Origin: Moniliella sp. 'wahieum'
Taxonomy: Eukaryota
Length of the DNA stretch: 64,000 nucleotides
Direction of reading: 5' to 3'
NCBI GenBank assembly: GCA_003971905.1
Contig: RSEE01000057.1
Coordinates: 1-64,000 of the forward strand
Part shown: positions 24,610-34,679 of the stretch, piece by piece
How the letters are laid out: every line of letters starts with the position of its first letter
How positions within the stretch are numbered: the stretch's first letter is position 1
Notes under the pieces: model-generated
Seen by the model: only the letters and a program-made list of their open reading frames with translations
What the model was told of the DNA's origin: nothing
The model's database searches: none
Translations under genes and position numbers: made by a program

Positions 24610-27600
24610 GAACTCGGGGGCGAAATGCGAATCATCCGGGCATTATATGACAGTGGGGCATTCCCATCCATTTGGAAAGACAAATCCGTCTTCACATCCA
24701 TGACCCCTTGCGACGACGAGATAGAGGTTGCTAACGGGACACATGTAAAGGCGGAAGGACGAGGCACGGCCACAATCCGTATCCGATGCTTAGGAGGACA
24801 CCAAATGGAGATAAAACTCCCCAACAGCCTATACATGCCCCGTTTCAGCCGAAATCTCGTCAGTGTAGCACACCTGTCGAACACCGGAATCGCATCATAC
24901 TTCGCCCCACACCAGAAGGGTATCTGGCTTGGTAACCCAGGATCCACCCTACGAAAAGTAACCGGCAGTGACTATCAATTCACGATCTTACACAACCCGC
25001 GAACGCCACCCACACCCCTGCGGGCCATGGCGACCAAACCGATCAAACCGGCCGACCCACCCTCAACCCCAAACTCCCTCGCAGCATCCCTGGCCCTGGA
25101 CCACGTCTCTAAAGCCCACAAACGCTGGAACCACGCAGCCATCGACCTCCTCCCCTGGCTTACACGATCGGAAACCGCAGGCCTCCGCGTCACAGCCAAG
25201 CATATCTCCCTCTGTCGTTCAGAGTGGGATTGCCCAACATGCGCGGTGGCACTAGCGACAGCATCGCCCCATCCGAGCCGGGACCGCCTCCGATCCAAAA
25301 GACCTTTCGAGGTCCTCCACGTCGACGTAGTAGACCTCCCCCGGGTAACCGGCATGGGGCACGGATACGCCCTCGTCGCCGTTGATGACTTCACGCGGTA
25401 CGTCTTCACCACAGCGATCCCGACAAAGGGCGCTGCAACGAAGGAACTGCGGAACCTCATATTGCGGGAGCAACGCTACGGCCCGGACAGACTGCTGCGG
25501 ACTTTGCGCACGGACAACGCCCCCGAATTGACAAGCGCACTGCAACCTTTTCTGGACGAGCAAGGCATCACGTCAGAACGGACAATCCCGGGGCAGAGTG
25601 CTAGCAACGGTGTGGCTGAGCGTGCCATCCGAACCATAACGACTCGTGCAAGGCAGTTGCTCTTGGGTACAGGTCTTCCGACGTCGGACTGGTGGGAACA
25701 CAGCCTCCACGCTGCGTGCTTCACCCAAAACCAAATGCCACTCAAAACATCCGGGGAAGACAACAAATCGCGATTTGAGCGATACAAAGGCCACGCATAC
25801 TCGTTACCGATGCAACCCTTTGGCCGCGTTGCATACCTCCATCTGCCCGAGTCACGCCGCGAGCACAAGCTCAGCGCGCGGGCAGAGGAAGGTATGCTGG
25901 TAGGATACCACCATCAGCGCGGATCAAAGGGATGGCTCTTCGCCACATACCAACCATCCCTGGGTACCTTCACCTACCGCTGGTCGAAACCGTACAAATG
26001 GGGCAACGCCATCTACCCCCATCTCCACCCCGACCACTTCCCACCCGACATCTCCAAATCACCTCAAATTAAAATCGACAGTGAAAAAGACGCTAACCCT
26101 ACTCCGCCAGCCGCGGCAGCACCCATGCCCCGAACCGCCGCCACCCCAGACACCCGCCCCACCACCACCCCCCCTCCGCGCCGCTACCCCCTCCGCCAGC
26201 GCACCACCCGCACCTCCCTCGACCTGCACACACTCCCAATCGCTGACGACCCCACCGACACGACCTACCATGCTCGTGCTGCAGCCGCCACGCCCCACTG
26301 CGCCGCACCAGAGATCGGCATCGCCCGCCCCCTACCTGACACATCCGCCCCCCCGTTTGCCGACACAGTTCAACCTCCCGAATACGCCGCCATGACTGCT
26401 CTCAGCGCACCCATCCACCCGGACACGGTTCAGCTCACCAAGGATGGCGTACCCCTCGCTCCCAAGACGCTCAAGGGTCTCGAGACTCACCCCTCCTTTG
26501 CCATGGTCAAGCAGGCTATGGCCGACGAGGTGGCCACACTCGCGCGATACGGCACCTACGAGGCTACGTACCCACCACCGGGTGCACAAATCCTCATAGG
26601 ACTATGGCGCATCACCACAAAGACGGACGCCGAGGGCCGGTTCCTGCGCCACCGCGCGCGCTTTGTCGCGGGCGGACACCAACAATCGGCCGAGACTTGG
26701 GGCCAGACGTTCGCACCATCGGTGCGCACACCTGCCATCCTGACCCTCGTCGTGCTGGCCGAGAAGTATAAGTTTGGCCTCTTCTCGGCGGACGTCAATG
26801 CAGCGTACCTGAACGCCCCCCTCGAAGAAGCAGTCTACATCCGCCCACCCCCCTACTTCCCCGAAGTCGCGTGGTGGTCGCGTGTGGCGTCAAGAAGAGT
26901 CTATACGGGCTACATCAGAGCGGAGCAAACTGGGCACGATACATCCGGAACCTGCTGCGTGACAAGCTCGGCTTCACGCAAAGCTTGACCGAGCCCTGCT
27001 TGTTCGTGCGCGCTGCACCACCGGGTGAGCAGATCCTCCTGGCGGTCCACACCGACGATCTGCTCCTCGCATGCAAGTCACACCAAAAGTACGAGGAGTT
27101 TATGGCCGAGATAAACACACACATTGATGTTCGTGGTAACGGTCCCCTTCACTACCACCTGGGATGCCAATACGATCGGATCGGTGGGGAGCTGTACCTG
27201 AGCCAACCAAAGTTCATCGAGGAAGTGGTGGCAAAGCACCACATCAAAGCCCCGTGGATCCGGACTCTCCCACATCCCGTACGGATGATACCGCCCCGTG
27301 CCGACCCTGAACCCCCATCCCTCCCAGCCTTGCGCAAGGCATATCAGGGGAAGATCGGATCGGGACTGTGGGCTGCACGAATGGGCCGGCCTGACTCCCT
27401 CTTCGCTATCACGGCCCTCAGCAGAGCCGCTGCCGACCCATCGCAGCAGCATCATCAAGCAGTCGATGACTTCCTTCGCTACCTGTACCATACTCGAGGA
27501 AAGGGCCTGAGGTTGACCCCAACATCAGATGCACCGGCCATTGCGCTGTATACAGATTCCGACTTGGCGGGAGATCCCATCCAGGCACGCTCCACATCTG

Positions 27601-28052
27601 GATGCCTACTGATGGTGTACGGTGTGCCGGTGTCGTGGCGATCCATTCTTCAGCCGAAGAGCGTTACCAGTACCGCCGCCGCCGAATATACGGCAGGATA
27701 TGATGGACTGGTTGACGCCAACTATGTCAAGAACATCATGATCGAGCTTGGGGCCATCGGCGAGGGTACACCCATTCATTGGTATTGCGACAATAAGTCT
27801 GTCGTCGATCTCGCCCACAAATTTGGCAGCACCGGCAAGCTCCGAGAGCTGAAGATCCGGTACCACAATGTACGGCAACACGTGGACTCGGGCGAGGCCA
27901 TACTTGTACACATCCCCGGCGAAAGGAACCCAGCGGACGTCCTCACCAAGCCTCTCGGCCGTCCCGCCCTGACAAGCCATCTTGCTCAACTCCGCGTCGA
28001 GGAGATGGATCCAGTCCACATGACTGGGCCCTCCGGTCAGCGGGGGTGTTGA
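24610..28052 (+). CDS. pol: Pol of copia family B (protease, integrase, RT, RNase H), in frame with gag after a UAG
   Basis: YDSGA protease; H..H..CPTC and LHVD..RTDNAPE..NGVAERAIRT integrase; RARFVAGG..DVNAAYLNA..KKSLYGLHQSG..HTDD RT; YTDSD..NPADVLTK RNase H. One indel near 26870; the stop lies inside the 3' LTR. Confidence 0.95.
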
Positions 28053-28206
28053 CATCCGTCCTAGGACCGCGCGGACCCTGAGTCACGTGAGTCAGCTTTC
28101 ATTCCTTCCGAGCTCGCACCAGTCTTCTGGACGAGTCAGTCGCAGAAGCTTCTTAGTCCAATACGACGTTCAGTGCTCACATTCTGTGGTAGTAGCGAGG
28201 CCGACA
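28047..28206 (+). repeat. 3' LTR of copia family B
   Basis: Follows the short PPT agcggggg; identical to the 5' LTR. Confidence 0.97.
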
Positions 28207-30543
28207 GTTATGTTAAGTGCGGAGCCTCAGCGCTGAGGCTCAGCCACTGAGCCGCTCAGCGCAAAACGCTCGCTCAGGGCTCAGCCTGAACTCGAGAACA
28301 CCGTCCGTGATGTATGCCGTGGGGATGTCCCCCCGCAGCTGCGGCCATCTCTGCTTTGATATGCGAGGTGCACAGAAAGTGTGCAAACCTATGCTCCTCG
28401 ACTGCACGTGACGGGTGGGGGCTGGCTGTGCCAACCATCGGCATATGACATTGGCGCGTCGACGCGTCCCCTCCCATACCTTAAAAGGGGAGCGGTGGTG
28501 CAAAGAGTAACCGTGGCACAAGGCGGAGAGTGGTGGAGCAAAGAGGAGATGAGGAGAGCAATTGAGGGGGGGGACAAGGGGGGGACAAGAAGTGGTGGGG
28601 GGTACAAAGGGGATCAGTGGAACAAGGGAGGGATGGAGTAAGGATGATCGGTGGGCCAGAGGTGGTGAGCTCGATCCATGTAACGGGAATTACGACGACC
28701 CTGTCACAGGCGGGCCTGCCGGGGGGCTCACCCAGGTTGGTGGGGTACAATCCCTTAGGTGAAGGACGACTCACGGTAGTTTCGGGCTTGGGCTATTTGG
28801 TGGATCCGAGCCGAGGAGAAGCCTTTGGGGCGAAGCCGAGGGGGCCGCACGCGTGGCAACAAGGCTGCATATGCGCGGGTTGGGGGTAGCAACGTGTCTA
28901 AAGCCTCCGGGGATTAGGGACGGGTAGATGCAGTGGAGGACAAAAATGCCATGGCTGAAAGCTGGGCCGGGGCGTGTCGACCTAGCTGTGAAAGGAGCCC
29001 ACGCGATATACTGTGATCGGGGGGAATCGACGCGGCTGAAGGAAGGCTCCCGCGATGGGGGATGGAAAGCTGGAGGACGAGGTTGGATGATGAATATGAG
29101 GCAGCTAAGTGGAGACGAGAGGTTGACTGTATCACTCATCAATAATCGGCTGGAGACGGCCAGGAGTTGGACAGGAAAGGCGGGAAGGGGGAGAGAATGG
29201 AAGGTGGGTAAAGGATCCCCAGTGACCGAGGATGCTGATGTTGGCTGACCATTTTTTGGTAACCCCCTCCTGTCTAAGCCCCATCGTGCAGGCATAGATG
29301 TTGACAGAGAGGAGCAGAGGGAAGCAAGTGAAGGCTACAAAGGGTGCAAAGGCCTAAGAATATCATCCGATAGCACTTCCTCGTAATGCATAATGGCCAC
29401 ACGCGTGGATATTTTCGTGCCGTGTCAATCAGCGCCCTTTTGCATTTTCTTCACGCTTCAAAAGCTTCCCCCAACTTAGCCCCTCTCACGTTTACGTATC
29501 CGCAACACATCTGATCCACACGAAGGCTGCGTATTTCGTAGGGATATACCACCTTCTGCCGTTCAGGCCTCAGGCATCAGTCCCAGGCCGCGGACAACAG
29601 TAGCCGTGTGATTAATGATTGTTGCTGGTTGTGATAACCGGTAACGCGGTAACGGGGCGTACAAGGACATATAAGAATTAAAGGAGCAAAACGCTATCCC
29701 CGGGGTTCCTGGACCCCGTTTCTACGCGTGGTGACCGGGGTGACCTGTGCCGGTGTGGCCTTACCTGAGGACCTAATTGTGCTCTGCCTGTGGAGGGACG
29801 GAGTTACCTTACCGCAGGCTGCAGCAGTGTTGCTATCAGCCCTTGTATCGCAGGCGCACCGCACTGGATGACGTCACTTCAAGCTTCAGCCTCTGTCGGA
29901 GGCGATAGACGTAACTAGTGAGTAGCTAGCGACTAGTGACTCCAGTGACTACCCTGGCCATACACGGTATAACACGTGCATGTGACCATAGGCCAAAACA
30001 ACTTTTTCTGACGTAGTGTGTTCCTGATTAACCTTAGAGATGGCTTGGGCTTGCCACCGCCTTCACGATTAGACTTCGGTCGACCACCAGTGAGCTCAGC
30101 TGTCCTGGCCGTTTCAAGAAGAGTTGTAGACAAAGAAAATGCGGGCGAGGGACTACTTGACTTGGGTTTTAGGGTCACATGTAAAGGCAGCACGTGGAGC
30201 AATACTATACACAGGTGGAAAGGATAACAGGAAACAACGTGAGAAAGCAAACATTGCAGGTGCAATACATGGCATAGGGGAATAGGCTGCAAAGCATATG
30301 GAGTCGAGTAGGGTGATGGTGATAGCTTGCCAGGGCATATGCAGAACTGTACCCGGGCAAAAAGGGTGGCAGAAGAAAGATCGCGAGCGGACGGCGGGGG
30401 AAGGATTGAGTTACGACAAACGTGGCATCATGGGGCGAAGAAAGAACGAAACAAGAAAAGACAATGGATAAGCGGTGCGAGTGAAAGAGGCAATGGAAGG
30501 ATACGTGTGACAAGCACGAACCCGTCACCATCTGTCCCACGTT

Positions 30544-31696
30544 TCACCAAGGCATTTCGACCAGCATCTTTTTGTCAATGTTCTCGTTGGGCCCTTCATC
30601 ACGCGGGAGAACAGTGCCAAAGATGCGGTCCCAGATGCGTGTCTGTTTCCCATAGTTGCCCGAGTGCTTCCACCCACGGCGGTGGTGAATGTCATGGTCC
30701 TCAATAGCAATGTCCATGTCAAGCGCTTGCAGCAGGAAGGGAAACGCTTGGAACGCAGTAAAGTACAGTCGCAATCGGCGTGCCCGAAAAGCTCAACGAT
30801 AGTCACCATCGTGTTGCAGAACCACCACTCATAAAAGTTGGGCCGCAGGAACGAGATGGGAGCCATGGTGAGCCATGTGACGAACGGAATGCCAACCATG
30901 TCAAAGAGCTCCTGTTCATCGTCGGCAAAGAGGGTGAGGAGAGTGTTGGGATGGCGAGACAAGTGGTGGGTACGGTGGTAAGGCCAGAGCGAGTCCGACT
31001 CGTGCATGACGCGGTGGTACCAGTAGTAGTAAAAGTCAAGTGTCCAAGCGTAGACGGCCATCTGGATGGGCAGCTGCCAGCGAACCATCGGTTTCGAATC
31101 GGCGTCCCACGTGGTCGCGACCTCCATAAGACACGCTGGGACACAGTGAGCAAGAGACTGGCAGCAACCCGGCCGCTCATAGCGTCGGGCACCTGGTCCC
31201 GCGGCGCTGCCGCGTCAAAGTATCCATACTTGACACCGAGGTTGCGGCATTCCCAAATGACCTGGACGCCCAAAAAGTAGTAGAACAGCATGTAAAAGGG
31301 AATCGCGACCCACTTGTTGATGCCTGCCTGGGAGACTGGCGATGGCTGGTCCTTGTAGAGCACGTCGTTGAATAGGTACGAGATGGCGTATTGGAGGAGG
31401 ACGGGGATCGCGGCGCGAAGGAGAGACCAGCGGAGCAGGGTGAGGGGCGAAAGGTAGGGCACAGGGGCCTTGGGGTCGACGTATTTGGGATGGTCAGCCA
31501 GAGGCCATAGGTCAAGGAGCGTAACGAGTTGGATGCTCCAGCTCTTAGGCGCGTTGGGATTGGCCTTCCATTCGGAACGGAACGAGGAGTTGCCCATGCT
31601 GATCTTGCGCACTTCAGCGATGTTCTCATCAAGGTCGGCGGCGCGCATGTAGGCTGGCGTGCCGTCGGCGGCAGGTGCAGGAGCGGGAGCTGCCAT
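30544..31696 (-). CDS. Fatty acid hydroxylase / sterol desaturase superfamily non-heme diiron membrane enzyme
   Basis: His boxes YYWYHRVMHE, HRTHH, LFGH, DHDIHHRRGWKHSGNYGKQTRIWDRIFGT; hydrophobic segments. Two frameshifts. Confidence 0.9.
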
Positions 31697-33868
31697 GGTG
31701 ACGGCGATGATGATGGGGAGCAGGACGGAGGGCAGGGAGACAAGAGTGTTAAACGTTAATGAGGGGATGGGGCAAGACAGGCCACTCGCGCGAGGGACGC
31801 GGCTGCAGCGTGTGGAACAATCGGCGTGAAAGAGGCCTCAGCCTGAGGCCTGAGCGCCTGAGCGCTCAGCGCTTGGCAGACGTTAGGGTTAGCGCTCAGA
31901 GCGCCCAGACTGTCCATCCGCCTGATCGCCTGATCGATGATCGATGATCGCCACCAGCGTGAAACTTCAAGTCACATGTCGCAGCTACTAGCCACTAGGC
32001 CCCGCACGAAGCCACACGCCGGCTGACGCCACCTGCGCTGCTGCACTTTTTCAGCCGGCGGGCGCTTAAAAACAGTAGTAAAACGTACGAGATCCCGTTG
32101 GTCACGACGAGGCCCGGGGCCCTCCGAGTCCCCGATCGAACGCCACGCCACTAGCCACTAGTCAAGAGTAGTGAACTACCCGGCTGGCTCTCTACTGGCT
32201 GGCTACCTGGGTCCACCTGGGTGGCAACGGCCGCGTGAATCGTGGTTTTTGTTGCGATCAATTCGGCATTTCAATTGTGAATCGCAACGCGTTGTTGCCA
32301 CGTCACCCACCGGTGCCTTGCCTGATTCGTAGATGTGAAAGCTAGACCCTAGAGTTGCTGCGTGCAGGCCAGCAGGCCACGTGTACATTCCTGTCCCACT
32401 GCTTGCTCTGTCCTCTTCGCCACCCACCTTCCTTCCCCTTCCCCTTCTTCTCGCTCACCTCGTTACTTGATTACTACTCGCTGATCGTCTGTGGTTTAGA
32501 GACTAGGTGTCTCCAGGTCAGAGCCTTCACGCGTCGCTACAGCGTACTCGGTACGCGTCATTTGCATTATCATCATCTTGTGACATGTGAGCGGTTCATG
32601 TCAGACCTTCCGTTCGCTGTCGCCAACGCTGCTTAGCTGATATATGAGGCTCGACGGTGTTGAAACCTGTTCAACGTACGCAACGTTGAGTTCAACGTTC
32701 AACGTTCAACGTTCAACCCCTTCGCGCATGTGGGAAAGGAGGGCGTTGTAGAGAAAAGACTTGCCCCGTTCCAGCTCGCCCGTTGATCAAGTTGGCGGCA
32801 GGGTGGTAGCGCGGGGATGCTGGGCGGGAGTAGGGGTGATGTGATGTGTTGCAGGTTTCTGTTCTTGTTGAACTAGCTGCGGTTGTGGCGCTGAGGCCTG
32901 AGGTAAAAAGAAACGGCATAATCAAAGACCTATACTGCCGCTGGCATTGGTTGAGGGTACCTCGGCCTCGGCGTTCTCTCTGTGTAAGGCGGCAAAAACT
33001 TGATTGACTTTCTCCTCCTCAAGGGGGAGCTCAGGCAAGCCAAACTCGGCCAAATAACATCGCCATTGACATCAACGGCAGCTAGTAATTCCTGAAACTC
33101 ATAGAGAGCCTTTAAATAGGCCAGAAGGCGGCGCCTGCTGGGGGAGGTTCCTTCCCCCTCCTCCACTCGGGCTCTTCATCTTCGCCTGGGAATGTCTGGC
33201 ATTGGTGCCTCAAATGTTTTTAGATGTCCTCTGACGGCTCCTTTTTGAACATGTCCCAGACGGAGGGGAGGAACTCCTTGGTGATGACGCCCAATTAACT
33301 AAGGTGATGAGGGATACCATGGCGGAGCGGACGGTTCTTGGACCGCCAAAATGGCCAAGCGCGTCTTCGATATCAAGTTAACCTCGCCATCGTCTTGGAA
33401 CATATGAATCGCTCGGGCAGCTTCAACAAGGTAGCGTGCATCGAGTTCTTCCCGGGTTGTACAGATCCTGGGCAGAGCATAGGTCCTCATACCCCCTGGA
33501 ACCACGGACATGGGTACGATAAGCAGTTGCCAAGTGAAGCGCTCGGTCTACCGAGGGTGGACATGTGCCATACGGCCGATGGTGTTGTGGTGGGGGCACG
33601 CGGGGCTTCCATGCTCAGCGCTGTTGGTTCCAGGAGTAATAGCGGGGCACAATACCAGTGGATGTCAGAGCCGAAATAGGGAGCACACTATCATCCGAGG
33701 TCGGCATGGGTAAGGGGGGGGGGCGTCACCTCGTCCCTCGGCACACATCTGGAAGAACACCATGAGCATGAACAGGCTGGCGGCGATTCAATCACCTTGA
33801 TCAGCGAAGATTGTCCCGCTGGGCGCGGACGAAATGCGGGCTCTCGAGGTGGTCATCAAGCTAGATAT

Positions 33869-34180
33869 TCAATAGCCGAGCCAGCCTGCCCCTGGTGCAT
33901 CCCACGAGAGAGTCTCTTGCGCTCACGCTTAGTCAGTCAATGTACTGCCGAGCGGGTCTGTGCTCTGGCGCTTCGCACAGAGAGAGTCTCCAGGCCCACG
34001 CTGAGTTGGTCAATGTACTGCCGAGCTAGCCTGTGCTCTGGCGCTTCGCACAGAGAGTGTGTCTTGTGCTCACGCGTAGTGAATCAATGTATTGCCGAGC
34101 AGTTTGTCAATGTCCTGCCGAGCCAGCCTGTGCTCTGGGTCTGCCCCGTGTCCCCTTTGGTGCTTCCCTCACAGAGAGAC
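33869..34180. repeat. Degenerate ~73-bp tandem repeat, about 4 copies
   Basis: Anchor tcaatgtactgccgagc (or variants) at 33869, 33937, 34010, 34084 and 34107, mostly followed by cctgtgctctggcgcttcgcacagagag-like sequence. Confidence 0.8.
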
Positions 34181-34679
34181 CAGGATACTGTGCTCGTCCT
34201 TAGTGTTTCGCGAGCAGGCCCCCCCCTGGTGCCTGCCCATGTCGACAGTGGCTGGTGCGGACTGCCCCCTGGTGCCCGGTCATCGATCAGATCTCAGACA
34301 GGCAACTGGAACTCACCGGTCAAAGGTCACGGTCACCATTAGTAGAAGTTGTGGCGCTGCTCTGATGCTCTTCCTCCTCTCCACTCACTTGGGTCTAGCT
34401 TGGTAGTGCTTGACCGAGATACGACGGTCTGTTTGGAACACAGGGGGCGACCTGGCACCTCTCACCTAACGGGCTATCATGCGCTTGTCTGTGCATGTGC
34501 ATGTGCATGCGGATGGATGGAAGTCGAGAACAGGTGACGCGTGACGCGTGACGGGACCTCGCACGCTCGAGCAGCAACGGATCACTCTACTCGAAACAGT
34601 ACCGGTTACCGGTCACCCACGATCGATGGGTTGGCTACAGGGTGTCTGCGGCAGATGATCGAACGTCATGATCCAGGAT

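Larger units (their letters stand above)
23148..28206 (+). mobile_element. Full-length Ty1/copia LTR retrotransposon, family B (5059 bp)
   Basis: Identical 160-bp LTRs TGTTGAC..CCGACA; gag then PR-IN-RT-RNase H order; flanks GTTAC and GTTAT (imperfect 5-bp TSD). Confidence 0.97.

Noticed and set aside
26860..26895. Programmed frameshift inside family B RT
   Set aside because: Family C is continuous at the same position (PEEKGKVWRLRKS); this is an indel from error or mutation.
28211..29300. A second LTR or gene starting TGTTAA right after the family B 3' LTR, and ORFs at 28771-29295
   Set aside because: No partner LTR, PPT/PBS or recognisable protein motifs; the ORFs look like chance GC-rich frames.
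31882..31892. Interstitial telomere-like GTTAGGGTTAG (similar at about 58850)
   Set aside because: Under two repeat units; not evidence of a chromosome fusion, at most a telobox-type site.
32930..33713. Short minus-strand ORFs as a gene or pseudogene
   Set aside because: No recognisable family and fragmented; left unannotated.
33869..34180. CRISPR-like array
   Set aside because: Whole units are homologous with no unique spacers, the host is a eukaryote and there are no cas genes. The same applies to the 17-bp repeat at 57419-57483.
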